From Heterodontus francisci (lineage: Eukaryota), in the NCBI RefSeq assembly GCF_036365525.1, contig NC_090382.1, positions 27,314,219-27,378,218 of the forward strand: a stretch of DNA of 64,000 nucleotides. Direction: 5' to 3'. A model generated the notes under the pieces. It had not been told where the DNA came from. It ran no database searches and saw only the letters and a list, made by a program, of their open reading frames with translations. Shown in pieces: positions 39,221 to 55,466 of the stretch. The position numbers were made by a program, and so were the translations under genes. Numbering within the stretch: the stretch's first letter is position 1; each line of letters begins with the position of its first letter.

Positions 39221-41358
39221 GGGCCAGGTTTTTAAAGTCAATTGGTGCAAGAGACATTGCATGTGCAATTTAAAGATAGCGTTCTCGGAGGTCGGCACCA
39301 GGTCCCTCCACCTCCGGAAAACAATGCCATCTTTAAAGGGATACCAGAAGGGCGGGAGCAGCAACACTGCATGTCTCTGATTAAGTGCCTGTTGAGCTCA
39401 TTAAGGAGCTCATTAACAGGGTGGTCGGCAGCAATTTTGAATTTTTAAAGGAAGGGAACTGGGAGAATGCCATGTCTGGACTTCGGCAAAGTTTAGGAGA
39501 CATGAACAATGTGGCGGGCCATGAGGCCGATGGAAGGTCTGATTGAAATAATGCAGAGGCACAAAATAAAGCTCAGCTGTTTAAAAAGTGCCACAGAGTA
39601 GCTATTGCTGGAACTGGAAGATTTGTTTTTCTCAGTGGTGAGTGGTAGGAATCTTGAGCTTATTGGCATCACTTGGGCAGGTGGGGTTGGCAGGTGAATG
39701 CAGTGCTGAGAAGGTTTAGATGGGAGCAGGCTTCTCTGACATTGGACAGAGCAGCCAGGATGAGCTGTAGCAGATGCAACAGACAGCAGGAGGCTAGATG
39801 AGCACAGCGGGGGGGCTGAAAGGGGAAGAAGGCACTACCCAAGACATTGGGTCTATTCCCCAAGAGTCAGCTACCAGCAAATGACAGAGCGCCAGTGCCG
39901 TAAGAGGCTGCGCCTATCCAAGTAGATGGTCTCGGACCTTTGTGTTATGATTCACAATGACCGGAGGCCTCACAGCCCCCATAGCAGCCTGCTGTCAAGG
40001 TCACTGTTGCTCTGCATTTCTATGCAACCAGGTAATTCCAGGGATCAGCTGCAGACCTAGGTAGCATCTTGCAGTTGGCATCTCATCATGCTATTAGGCA
40101 GGTCACGGATGCTGTATTCAGGAGGACGAGAGACTACATCCACTTTGACATAGATAGGCCTGCACAGGCACTGAGGGTATTGGGTTTGACCATCGCTGGA
40201 TTCCCTAGGTGAAGGGAATTATTGATTGTGCCCATGTGGCCAACAAGGCACCCAGTCACTGGCCAGTGAGATCCATCAACAGGAAGGGCTTCCACTCCCT
40301 CAACGTCCAACTGGTCCGTGACCACAACAAGAGCTTCCTCCATATTTGTGCTCGTTTTCCGGGCAGCTGCCATGACAGATTTCTAAATACCAACGACATA
40401 AAGGGATATGGGGGAAATGTGGGAAAAAGGTGTTGAAGTGGATGATCAGCCATGATCATAGTGAATGGCGGAGCAGGCTCGATGGGCTGTATGGCCTACA
40501 CCTGCTCCTATGTTCCTATCCTCCACCAGTCCAGGCTGCCTTGAATCTTCACTCCATCCCAAAAGTGCATGGATGGATCCAAGGGGACAGGGACATCCCT
40601 TGAAGATCTGGCTACTGACCCATCTACAGAAACCCCAGACAGAGACACAGAGGCAATACAACCAATGCCAACTGCTCAGCAGGCCAACCACTGAACAGGC
40701 ATTCGAGCTTCTGAAGATGCAATTATGGTGACTGGACCAGTTGGGTGGTGTCTGCAAGGTTGTCTGTCATTGTAGTGGTCTGCTGTGCTCTCCATAATAT
40801 GGCCCTTCAGAGATATGTGGACCTTGAGAACAGTGAGGCCCTGGAAAGAGACAGCTCATCGGGGAAGGAGCAGGAGGTTAGAGAGGAGGAAGAATTCAGG
40901 GTGGAGGTGATAACACTGAACAGTGAGGTGCCCTTGCTGCATGATCAGGTGACCTGGTCCTGCCACCTTCTGGGAAGAGGGACTCTATCCTCTCCATCAT
41001 TGCCTGCAGCATTAGCTTCAGGTTGCCATTGATGAAGCAACTGTTTGCCCTGTTCCTGGTACCAGGCCTTCAGCTCCCCTGTGACATCTCACTTCCCTCT
41101 GGGTCACTGGAAGGCAGATCTTTTCCTCAGGACAACCAATGACCTCAGTGATGGCTGCCATTGGAGTCTATATGAGTCCTACAATTGATCTGACCCACCT
41201 CCATTCTTAGCCCCACTGACTCTAATTGGCCAGGAAACCCATCTCCAAACCAATTAAGGGCTAACCCATTTGAAAATCTGAAGCTGAATTAGTTTCAGGT
41301 TTCTGACACAAAACCAGACCCGGTTCCTGTTTCCCACCTCCTAGCATAAATCCAGCCC
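39221..41358 (+). mobile_element. PIF/Harbinger DNA transposon with a decayed HARBI1-like DDE transposase
   Basis: GIIDCAHV...[14 protein letters not shown].....[11 protein letters not shown] (40209-40376), EQAFELLKM and CCALHNMA. Imperfect TIRs gggccaggtttt / taaatccagccc with TAA/ATA flanks. Confidence 0.88.
40377..40518 (+). mobile_element. Short CR1 3' tail inserted in the Harbinger transposase just after the HD motif
   Basis: gatcagccatgatc...gctcctatgttcct matches the CR1 3' UTR at 44565-44706. Confidence 0.8.
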
Positions 41359-41495
41359 ATACCTTCTGGAAACACAAAGCTAAGAGATTGAAATGACTGA
41401 ACATGTTTTTAAAAAATGTGAATTTAGCTGGCCTAAGTGGTCCAAAGTGTTTTGAAAAGCTGCAAGAGAGTGACACAAACTGACATTGATGATGT

Positions 41496-41827
41496 TGTTA
41501 TGTCTGTTTTTGTTATGTTTACGCCAGCTTTCTGGATATTTTTATATATATATCTGATTTATCTCAGAGCAATGCAGATATCTCACTTGTATTAAATCAC
41601 CAACTGGTTTATTTACAGTACTTTAAATATCTCAGCACTACAAGATCTCAGTACAATGTCTTCTTCAGAAGAGTCGCTGTTTTTCTGTAGAACATTCCAG
41701 GTCTATCTCTTTTTAGTTTCAGTTTCAAACTCTTAAGCTCCACCCTTAGGCTTAAGCAATTAATTACAGTGAACATAGATAAGTGGACAGATTAATACAA
41801 TCAAACCCGAATCAATCAAACACTACA
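41496..41827 (-). repeat. 3' LTR of the Gypsy element
   Basis: Aligns by eye along its length with 48480-48792; TG...CA ends. Confidence 0.9.
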
Positions 41828-42117
41828 TTTTCCCCACCTTTAACTAAAGACATTATTTTTGAATTAAAATATTCGAAACATGAAACATATATGCATGAAT
41901 TTATTTCTTAGCATTCAATTTGTCTGTTTTCTCTAAGTACAGAAATAGTATTTGAGATAGGAAGAGGTCTTAGATCTGCAAGTAGATTTACGAATTTAAG
42001 GTTGTGGATCTGTTTGATCAGCTTGTTGAGGCGGATGATTGATATCACTCATAGGAAAAGGAAATGTATCCTCTTAAACACTGTCCTCAAAATATCCTGG
42101 TCTGCTCCCTCTCAAAC

Positions 42118-42360
42118 TTAGAAACATAGAAAATAGGAGCAGGAGTAGGCCATTCGGCCCTTCGAGCCTGCTCCGCCATTCATTATAATCATGGCAGATC
42201 ATCCAACTCAGTAGCCTGTTCCCGCTTTCACCCCATACCCTTTGCTCCCTTTAGACCCAAAAGCTATATCTAACTCCTTCTTGAAAACATACAATGTTTT
42301 GGCCTTAACTGCTTTCTGTGGGGATGAATTTCACAGGCTCACCACTCTCTGGGTGAAGAT
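42118..42360 (-). mobile_element. CR1 3' fragment inside the Gypsy element
   Basis: tagaaacatagaaaataggagcaggagtaggccattcggccc tail and CR1 3' UTR. Confidence 0.8.
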
Positions 42361-42369
42361 CTGAAAGGT

Positions 42370-42535
42370 ACCCAGTCCCACATCTCACTCACCCAGCCCC
42401 ACATTCCACTCACCCAGCCCCACATCCCACTCAGCCAGTCCGATATCCCACTCACCCAGTCCCACCTCTCACTCACCCAGTCCCACATCCCACCCATCCA
42501 GCTCCACATCCCACATCCCACTCACTCAGTCCCCT
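42370..42535. repeat. Minisatellite, ~21-bp unit cactcacccagtcccacatcc
   Basis: About 8 tandem degenerate copies are visible. Confidence 0.85.
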
Positions 42536-43910
42536 CAAGCATATCGCATTCCCCTTGGTGTCATCCAACAGATAAGCATTGGTACCTAGCAAACACTTAG
42601 CCTGCTTTGGACCTGATACTAATGAAGCAAGCTTGTGGTCGCAATTCGGCTGTTTGATTCAAACCCAATCTCCAACTTTAAATTGTGGTTCCCTTACACC
42701 TTTAAGTCAAAGTATCCTTTTGCTTTACCTTGTTGCTTTGTGATTTCTTCTGCTTCCGCTCTGACATTCTCATTAACTAGCGATGATGGCTTAAGAATGG
42801 TCAATGGCATGTGAAAGTTACGGCCTATCATAAGTTTGGCTGGTGTCCTTGGAGAGTGTGCAGGCTTTACTCCAGCTGCTTTCATTCTGTAACTTAGAAA
42901 GTCAATCTCGGGTGTCTAAATATGCATTTGTCCTTGTTGAGCATCAAACGTGTTTTGCTAGTCTAGAGAGCAAAATAATAATAAGTGATAAGTGTTGATC
43001 ATCTTCAGCTTTGTCTCTTCCATGGACAATGATGTCATCAAGTAGGTTGAGGGTCCCCTCAACATCTGACAAGACTGAAGAAACAATGTTCTGGAATGTA
43101 CTTGGTGCTGAAATTAGTCCATATGGCATTCCGTGGTACTGAAACACACCTTCATGGGTAACAAAAGCTATAAGATATTGGCATTGTTCTGCTAGAGGTA
43201 TCTGAAGATAATTCTATTGCATATCAAGCTTTGTAAAGACCATTGTCATAAGAGTTTTGTTTTCTCTAAAAAAAAAACTCAGAGGTCTGTGTGCCTTTAA
43301 GACCTTTTGCTATTTTCTGTGAACAGTGACTGCAAGAAATTGTGGTATTTGAAGTGCAGGCTGCAGGGCAACTTGTATCCAATCAACCTGAAGGATTTAT
43401 GGCAGTCTTATGTTTTGGATTGTTGGAGGCTTTCAGTTTCATTTTTTGGCAGTGTAAAAGAGACCAGGGTTGCTGTGAGCAGCAAAAGGGGTTACTGCTG
43501 GAGACTGGCCAGGAATACAGCCCAGAGAAAAGTCTTTCTCTTGAAGAATAATTCCCGCATCAAGTAAATTCTAATTGCTTCATAAAGTCAAAAGAACTTT
43601 GAGGGAGTTGCAAATCTACTATATAGGAGCTAAAACTCTTGTTGCTGTTTATGCCTGAAGAGAGGAAAAGACCCAGAGAAAAGAGGAATTGCTACATTCT
43701 GTAGAGAAACACTGCTTTTGGAGAAAGGAAACCTGTGTTTCTGGTGTGGCAGGTTGTTGTTGCCTCCAATCAAGAATCCCTGCCTCGAGAGTGAGTTCTA
43801 TAGTTGCTGTGCTCTGTGGAGAAGGCTCCTTTGCTGAGAGTATGTCCTGTTGACTTTTGTGTTTTTGGAAGTTCCTGAACTCTCAAGAAACTTTCTACTG
43901 TTATACTGCA

Positions 43911-44706
43911 ATAATGTGAGGTTATCCACTTTGGCAGGAGGAATAGATGTGCAGAATATTTCTTAAATGGTAAGAGGTAAGAAAGTGTAGATGTACAAAG
44001 GGACCTGGGTGTCCTTGTCAATAAGCCACTGAAAGCTAACATGCCTGTGTAGCAAGCAATTAGGAAGGCTAATGGTATGTTAGCCTTGATTGCAAGAAGA
44101 TTTGAGTACAGAAGCAGTGAAGTCTTGCTTCAATTGTATAGAATCTTGGTTAGATCACACCTGGAGTACTGTGAGCACTCTTGGTCCCCTTACCTTAGGA
44201 AGGATATTATTTCCATAGAGGGAGTGCAATGAAGGTTCACCAGACTTGTTCCCGGGATGGCAGGACTGTCCTATGAAGAAAGATTGGGGAAACTGGGCCT
44301 GTATTCTCGAGAGTTTCAAAGAATGAAAGGTGATCTCATTGAAACCTATAAAATACTTAAAGGGATAGACAGGGTAGATGCAGCGAAGATGTTTCCTCTG
44401 GGGAGTTTAGAACCAGGGGACACAATTTCAAAATAAAAGAGAAGCCACTTAGGACAGAGATGAGGAGAAATTTCTTTACTCAGAGGGTTGTGAATCTTTG
44501 GAATTCTCTACCCCAGAGGGCTGTGGAAGCTCAGTCATTGAGTATGTTTAAAGCAGATATTAAAAGATTTCAAAATACAAATGACATAAGGGATATGAGG
44601 ATAGTGTGGGAAAAAGGCATTGAAGTGGATGATCAGCCATGATCTTATCGAATGGCGGGGCACGCTCGATGGGCTGAATGGCCTATTCCTGCTCCTATGT
44701 TCCTAC
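43911..44706 (+). mobile_element. CR1 3' fragment inside the solo LTR
   Basis: CR1 ORF2 C-terminus (RRNFFTQRVVNLWNSLP) and 3' UTR, with ctactg(t/c)tat on both flanks. Confidence 0.88.
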
Positions 44707-45205
44707 TGCTATTTTAAAATGTAAATAGGCCTGATGTTACAACCTGTTGCCGAAAGAGCTGTGAGAGGCCTGTGGTAGACAAACTACCTTGAATGCCTAC
44801 CCACCACAGACTGTATATTAATTTCACCTAGAGACTTTGAGTGGCATCTGACTATTCAACTCTGGGACACTTCACCAATTCAGAAACAGCCCACCAGGAC
44901 TTACAGCCCAGTTATTTTATTATCCCTAAGAAACTGTTATAAAATCAATATAACCATTTCCCCGGTAAAATGTTGGTAATTGAATGTATGTGTGTGCATG
45001 AGGGTTAGGAAGATTAAGGAGTTATAAAATATTTTCATACATACAGATTCATTGTTATCATTTAAAACTTGGTTTATTAATGAATAGTTAGTTTTGTTGT
45101 TGTTTAAAGAAACTAGTTTGGCGTGCTTTATTCTGGGGATAAATAAAGTGGTTAATTTGGCTATTTTTCCAATAGATGGGAAACTTTACTAATATGCTTT
45201 ACTAA

Positions 45206-46815
45206 CATCATCACCCTCTATAAAAACAAAGGTGACCGCGGTGACTGCAACAACTACCGTGGAATCTCCCTGCTCAGCATAGTGGGGAAAGTCTTTGCTC
45301 GAGTCGCTCTGAACAGGCTCCAGAAGCTGGCCGAGCGCGTCTACCCTGAGGCACAGTGTGGCTTTCGTGCAGAGAGATCGACTATTGACATGCTGTTCTC
45401 CCTTCGTCAGATACAGGAGAAATGCCGTGAACAACAGATGCCCCTCTACATTGCTTTCATTGATCTCACCAAAGCCTTTGACCTCGTCAGCAGACGTGGT
45501 CTCTTCAGACTACTAGAAAAGATCGGATGTCCACCAAAGCTACTAAGTATCATCACCTCATTCCATGACAATATGAAAGGCACAATTCAACATGGTGGCT
45601 CCTCATCAGAGCCCTTTCCTATCCTGAGTGGTGTGAAACAGGGCTGTGTTCTCGCACCCACACTTTTTGGGATTTTCTTCTCCCTGCTGCTTTCACATGC
45701 GTTCAAATCCTCTGAAGAAGGAATTTTCCTCCACACAAGATCAGGGGGCAGGTTGTTCAACCTTGCCCGTCTAAGAGCGAAGTCCAAAGTACGGAAAGTC
45801 CTCATCAGAGAACTCCTCTTTGCTGATGATGCTGCTTTAACATCTCACACTGAAGAATGCCTGCAGAGTCTCATCGACAGGTTTGCGTCTGCCTGCAATG
45901 AATTTGGCCTAACCATCAGCCTCAAGAAAACGAACATCATGGGGCAGGATATCAGAAATGCTCCATCCATCAATATTGGCGACCACGCTCTGGAAGTGGT
46001 TCAAGAGTTCACCTACCTAGGCTCAACTATCACCAGTAACCTGTCTCTAGATGCAGAAATCAACAAGCGCATGGGTAAGGCTTCCACTGCTATGTCCAGA
46101 CTGGCCAAGAGAGTGTGGGAAAATGGCGCACTGACACGGAACACAAAAGTCCGAGTGTATCAGGCCTGTGTCCTCAGTACCTTGCTCTACGGCAGCGAGG
46201 CCTGGACAACGTATGCCAGCCAAGAGCGACGTCTCAATTCATTCCATCTTCGCTGCCTTCGGAGAATACTTGGCATCAGGTGGCAGGACTATATCTCCAA
46301 CACAGAAGTCCTTGAAGCGGCCAACACCCCCAGCTTATACACACTACTGAGTCAGCGGCGCTTGAGATGGCTTGGCCATGTGAGCCGCATGGAAGATGGC
46401 AGGATCCCCAAAGACACATTGTACAGCGAGCTCGCCACTGGTATCAGACCCACCGGCCGTCCATGTCTCCGTTATAAAGACGTCTGCAAACGCGACATGA
46501 AATCGTGTGACATTGATCACAAGTCGTGGGAGTCAGTTGCCAGCATTCGCCAGAGCTGGCGGGCAGCCATAAAGACAGGGCTAAATTGTGGCGAGTCGAA
46601 GAGACTTAGTAGTTGGCAGGAAAAAAGACAGAGGCGCAAGGGGAGAGCCAACTGTGCAACAGCCCCAACAAACAAATTTCTCTGCAGCACCTGTGGAAGA
46701 GCCTGTCACTCCAGAATTGGCCTTTATAGCCACTCCAGGCGCTGCTTCACAAACCACTGACCACCTCCAGGCGCGTATCCATTGTCTCTCGAGATAAGGA
46801 GGCCCAAAAGAAAAG
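45206..46815 (+). mobile_element. Young 5'-truncated RTE LINE with a perfect 12-bp TSD
   Basis: ATGCTTTACTAA at 45194-45205 and 46816-46827, an (AAAAG)2 tail and an uninterrupted reading frame. Confidence 0.95.
45282..46760 (+). CDS. RTE reverse transcriptase plus C-terminal Zn knuckle (open frame, 5'-truncated, no endonuclease)
   Basis: QCGFR, AFIDLTKAFD, GVKQGCVLAPTLF, LFADD, FTYLGS and CSTCGRACHSRIGLYSH. No stops from the insertion boundary to 46760. Confidence 0.9.
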   Translation: MGKVFARVALNRLQKLAERVYPEAQCGFRAERSTIDMLFSLRQIQEKCREQQMPLYIAFIDLTKAFDLVSRRGLFRLLEKIGCPPKLLSIITSFHDNMKGTIQHGGSSSEPFPILSGVKQGCVLAPTLFGIFFSLLLSHAFKSSEEGIFLHTRSGGRLFNLARLRAKSKVRKVLIRELLFADDAALTSHTEECLQSLIDRFASACNEFGLTISLKKTNIMGQDIRNAPSINIGDHALEVVQEFTYLGSTITSNLSLDAEINKRMGKASTAMSRLAKRVWENGALTRNTKVRVYQACVLSTLLYGSEAWTTYASQERRLNSFHLRCLRRILGIRWQDYISNTEVLEAANTPSLYTLLSQRRLRWLGHVSRMEDGRIPKDTLYSELATGIRPTGRPCLRYKDVCKRDMKSCDIDHKSWESVASIRQSWRAAIKTGLNCGESKRLSSWQEKRQRRKGRANCATAPTNKFLCSTCGRACHSRIGLYSHSRRCFTNH

Positions 46816-48479
46816 ATGCTTTACTAATAGTACCTGTGGAGTTGTGGGACTGAATTAACAGTGCATTACTCCCACCTTGGTTGTAACACTGTGGAATCAT
46901 GAAATGATGTTGACCCTTGTTGGATTATAGAAAGTGGATACATGGCTGGTGAGATATTTTTATTGACTGCCTTAAGGTCAATGCATAGTCTAAGTTTGCC
47001 ATTTTTGGTCGTGCAATGACTAGATTTGATATCCACAGCGTTGAATCAATTTGCTCAATGATACTGTCTGCTTCTAGTTGTTTCAGCTCCTGCAACACTT
47101 CGGCACAGATTGCAAATGGCAACCGTCTCAAATTTTGTGAAACTGGTCGAATTGATGTGTCAATGCGAGGAGCATGATCGTACACCTTGATCTCCCTAAA
47201 TCCACTAAATAAGCAAGGATACTGGCGTGTATAGTCTACATTATCTATCCCATTATCCCAGGTGGTCTCATGGGGTCTTCAAGTTTGAATCCAAACCTAT
47301 CGAAAAGGTTTACCCCATAAGGTTTAGGCCTTTAGTTACATAGAAAGTGAACCTGTCTAGGGTGACGTTTTTGTCGTATACTGGAACTGTGATCATCCCC
47401 GAAACTGGAATGATAGTGACGTCATAAGCTTGATGATTGTCTGTTGCAGGAGTGAGAGAGAATTGTGAAAAATACCGATGGTGGAGTTTGTCACTCAAAA
47501 TAAATACTTTCGCGCCAACATCAATAAGAAGTGACACTGAGATGCCTGCGATCTCGAGTGAGCACTCCTTAAAATGACCTGGTGCTTTACATTTTGTGAT
47601 GGTAAATATATGTTGTACCTCACTCTCAGGAAGAGATGTTTCCCCCTTGTTGAATTGATGAAGTCTTTTTCTTTGATGACCTGCATATCTTTGCAAAATG
47701 GTTCCACTTCAAATATGAGTTACACTTTTTTCCTCTTTTGGACACGGCATTGTGACTCAATGAGTATTTCCACAATGTGGGCACAGCTTATAAGGTAACT
47801 GGCAGTGATGAGGCATATTTTGATGAGGTTGCTGAGGTCTTCTTGTTCATAACCCTTGCACTGAAGCTGGTTCGGTAAGCTGTGTCTGCAGCCCTGAGTC
47901 TAAGGGTGCATGTGTGTGTAACCTCTTTGAATCTAACATAGCTGATTCAATCGAACTGTAAGGTTATGGGTTTTTCCAAGATTAGATCATCATCCTCCAT
48001 GAGGAGATGTTCCTTAATTTGTGAAATTGAAGTCTTTTTAATTAAATAGTCACAAATTAGTTTGTTGGTTAGTGTGCCAAATTTACATGCAGGCACCAAT
48101 TGCTGCAATGCTGTCACATATTGTTTAATGGGCTCACCATGTCTCTGGGATCTCTGTCAGAATGCGCATCACTTCATCATCACACTTTTATTTGGCCTGA
48201 TGTATTTTTTGAGGGCACTTACCGCCGTATCAAGTGTCGATGTATCTTCTGTGAGCTGCTCGAATATGCGCTGGCCTTCTGCTCCGAGACAATGTACAAG
48301 TATCACTTTCTTGCGATTTGCTGCTACATCGGGCCTGTTCATCTCCCTAGTGAGCAAGTAGATCTTGAACTCCAAAATCCATCTTTTCCAGCACAAGGGA
48401 GGATTTCCCACCATTGAAAAAAATGGTTCTGGAGCAGATAACATTAAATTTTGAGGAATCATCCTCATAGCCATGCTTT

Positions 48480-48792
48480 TGTTATGTTTACACTGGGTTG
48501 CTGGATATTATATATATCAGGTTAATTTCAGAGCAACGCAGATATTACACTCGTATTAAATCACCAATTGATTTATTTAAAGTACTTTAAAATATCTCAG
48601 CCCTGCAAGATCTCAGTACAATGTCTTCTTCAGAACAGTCTTTGTTTTCCTGTAGAACATTCTAGGTCTGTCTCTTTTTAGTTTCCGTTTCAAATTCTTA
48701 AGCTCCACCCATAGGTTCAAGCAATCAAGCACCGTGAACACAGATAAGTGGACTACTAAAAAAAATCAAACCCAGATCAATCAAACACTACA
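48480..48792 (-). repeat. 5' LTR of the Gypsy element
   Basis: Aligns with 41511-41827 and lies next to the PBS. Confidence 0.9.
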
Positions 48793-49269
48793 GATGTCAG
48801 AGTTTGTCTTCTTTTGAAATTCAGAGAAATGAACAACAAGAAGCTATGGATTTTTATATGCTTTATCAGATCAACTCTATCTTTAATTAGCAACAACTTG
48901 TAAGAAGTCAGTAATTTGAGGGAGTCTGATTGTTCAATTATCTTTTGGTTGTAAAATGTGTGTGTGACCAGGAAAGAAAGCTGCTATTGTGTTCACTGAT
49001 AAAGATCTTGAAGGCATATGTAACATCCACAGGGGTGTTGAAGTTACTGAAGGAAATGTAACCATATGCTCATCGTCAAGGCTGTCTCTAATATCATAGT
49101 TTGAACAACAAATTAGATGCCTCATTGGACAATTGTAGCTTAAAGTGGATTTTGAAAGGACGGTACAATCTTGTCAATAAAACATCCTCCCCACCTTAGA
49201 TAGAAAGATATAAAAATTGTTGTAAAGAGTGATTCGGTGCTACAGCCAAGCAACTTATTCAGTTGCTGA

Positions 49270-52611
<3,342 letters not shown>

Positions 52612-55466
52612 TTCACTACCTCATTCTTTGTAATGAAAACAAACTGACAATGAATACCTTTTCATTTGCTCTGAAAAAAAATAACTTTGTCTAAATTGAC
52701 CATCAAGAAAATTCATTTTGACTAAATTGACCATCAAGACTATATCACATCTCTTTTCCAACCATCATCTCAGATGCTGAGGCTGTATGTACTTTAAAGG
52801 TAACTTAGAGGTGGGTTTAGCATGTGGTGAGACACTGGGCCTACAGCCAGGGGGAAAGGGGAACGCAGGTGCCAAGTCATTGGAGGGTGAGGTTGCACAT
52901 GAGTTCTGCTGTAGAGGACTCAACTGAGGACTTCGATGTGGAGGTTTCTTGTAAAACACTGACAGATATGCACAATGAAATGCCTGGTGCATTGGCAGGC
53001 CTGCGTGGAATATTGGATGGTTTGATTGTTAAAGTTGGTTAGGATGCTTGATTTGTGATAGTTTTATTTTAGTATTGTGGTCAAGCTGTGATGGTCAGTA
53101 ACAGAGGGAAGGAAAGATGTGAGACTGTTGACCAATGGGGAATTGGGGTTGCGTTCCCTAGCATCGCAGTCAGATGAGCCAATCACGGACAGCGTGGTGG
53201 GAAAGGGAACGTGTTGGTTGCCTCCTCCCTTCCTCCTGCTCCTCAGCTGGTCGCCATATACCTGGTGGTAAGAACTGTGCCCTCATGATAGTGAGATTGT
53301 GCAGGATACAGCAGGGCACAAAGAGTCATGACACGTGTTCTGGAGAGTACTGCATGGCTCCTCCAGAGCTGTCCAGGCAGTGGAAGCGTTGCTTAAATAT
53401 CCCAGTAGTTTGCTCAATGACATTTCATTTGGAAGCCTGGTTCTTGTTATATGCATGCTGTCCACGTGTGCATGGGTTACGCACTGGAGTCATGAGCCAA
53501 GTAATCAGCAGATTGTCTTGTCACTCAGTAGCCACCCTCTGGTTTCTCGTGGCTGCTCAAATATTGCTGCTACAGTGGCCTGGCACAGAATTAAGGCATC
53601 ATGACCACTGCCAGAATACTGGGCATTGGCCTGCAGAATATATTGAGTATGGTTGCACACCACTTAGACATGGAGGGAGTGGAAACCTTTGAAGTTACGA
53701 TACATCTCTGAATTTACATGCAGCAACAGCAAAGCGATGTGTATGCAGGCAATGGTACCCTGCACCATGGGGAAGTCTGCAATCCATGCTCACTCTGCCT
53801 GCTTTTCGCTGGAAAGAGAGAATGCAATAGATTTCTCTCTTTACATACAGAGCATCTGTGAGCTCCCTTATACAACAATGGATGGCAAACTGCAATATGG
53901 TGGAGATGCCACCCGCTCCAACCTAGAAGGAGCTCGACACAAAAAAGTTCATGGCCAGGGTCACCTTTACAACCTCTGGCAATGATTTTCGTGCCCTGCT
54001 CTGAAGCTGCAAGTGGCAGATTTTAGTAAGCACCTCCTTAGAATTGGAGACATCAAGCACACTGTTCCTCGCTGAGGTTATGTGGAGAATTCTCCCTGAA
54101 GGCCTTTGATGGATATTGCCTCCTTCTGCTTGCTCTCCTCCCCCTCCTCCGTCTTCAAGCAATTTGTCCTCCGATCTGTCACCTCTGCTCATCCTCCTGT
54201 CATGTTGCAGATCAAAGGGGATCGAAACTACAGCACACACGACTAGGAACAAGTAATCAGAACAGGATTTTTTTATTCGTTCATTGGATGTGGGCATCGC
54301 TGGCTAGGCCTGCATATTGCCCATTCCTAATTTCCCTTGAGAAAGTAGTGGTGAGCTGCCTTCTTGAACCGCTGCAGTCCATGTGGAGTAGGTACACTAA
54401 CAGTGCTGTTAGGAAGGCAGTTCCAGGACAGTGAAGGAATGGCGATATAGTTCCAAGTCAGGATGGTGTGCAGCTTGAAGGGGAACATGCATGTGGTGGT
54501 GTTCCCATGCATCTGTTGCCCTTGTCCTTCTAGGTGGTGAGATCGCAGGTTTGGAAGGTGCTGTCAAAGGAGCCTTGGTGAGCTGCTGCAGTGCATCTTG
54601 TAGACGGTATACACTGCTGCCACTGTGCGCCTGTAGTGAAGGGAGTGAATGTTGAAGGTGACGGATAGGATGCCAATCAAGCAGGCTGCTTTGTCTGGAA
54701 TGGTGTCAAGCTTCTTGAGTGTTGTTGGAGCTGCACCCATCCAGGCAAGTGGAGAATATTCCATCACACTCCTGACTTGTGCCTTGTAGATGGTGGACAG
54801 GCATTGGGGAGCCAGGAGGTGAGTTACTCACCACAGAACTCCCAGCCTCTGACCTGCTCTTGTAGTCACAGCATTTATGCGGCTGGTCCAGTTCAGTTTC
54901 TGGTCAATGCTAACCCCAGGATGTTGACAGTGGGGGATTCAGCGATGGTAATGCTATCGAACATCAATGGGAGATGGCTAGATTCTCTTTTGTTTGAGAT
55001 AGTCATTGCCTGGCACTTATGTGGCACAAATGTTACTTGTCACTTATTAGCCCAAGCTTGGATGTTATCTAGGTCTTGCTGCATCTGGGCGCAGGCTGCT
55101 TCAGTATCTGAGGAGTCGTGAATGGTGCTGAATATTGTGCAATCATCAGTGAACATCCCCACTTCTGACCTTATGGCGGAGGGAAGGTCATTGATGTAGC
55201 AGCTGAAGATGGTTGGGCCTAGGACACTACCCTGAGGAACCCCTGCAGTGATGGCCTGGGACTGAGATGATTGACCTTCAACAACCACAACCATCTTCCC
55301 TTGCGCTAGGTATGACCCAACCAGTGGAGAGTCTTCCCCCTAATTCCCATTGACTTCAGTTTTGCTAGGGCTCCTTGATACCATACTCGATCAAATGCTG
55401 CCTTGATGTCAAGGGCCATCACTCTCACCTCACCTCTGGAGTTCTCTCTTTTGTCCATGTTTGAAC

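Larger units (their letters stand above)
43244..46888 (+). mobile_element. Solo LTR of a second family, inserted in the Gypsy RT gene and carrying CR1 and RTE insertions
   Basis: TGTCA...TAACA termini with 4-bp flanks ccat/ctgt. Removing the insert restores Gypsy RT FHDSTVFTKLD. Confidence 0.8.
41496..48792 (-). mobile_element. Ty3/Gypsy LTR retrotransposon with both LTRs, a 5-bp TSD and several nested insertions
   Basis: Direct repeats at ~41496-41827 and ~48480-48792, with TSD GATGT at 41491-41495 and 48793-48797. PBS-like TGGCTATGAGG at 48473-48463 and PPT at 41828-41840. gag 48169-48474, protease LIDVGA, RT (MPYGLISAPSTFQ, LLDDIIV). Confidence 0.92.

Noticed and set aside
39880-41000. 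Domesticated HARBI1 gene
   Set aside because: It has stops, frameshifts, a CR1 insertion in the catalytic region and flanking TIRs, so it is a dead transposon.
49150-49265. PPT-like AAGGTGGGGAGGA|TG as the 3' LTR start of the RBMX-carrying Gypsy
   Set aside because: The sequence after it does not align with the 5' LTR at 52421-52611, and I found no clear RBMX continuation.
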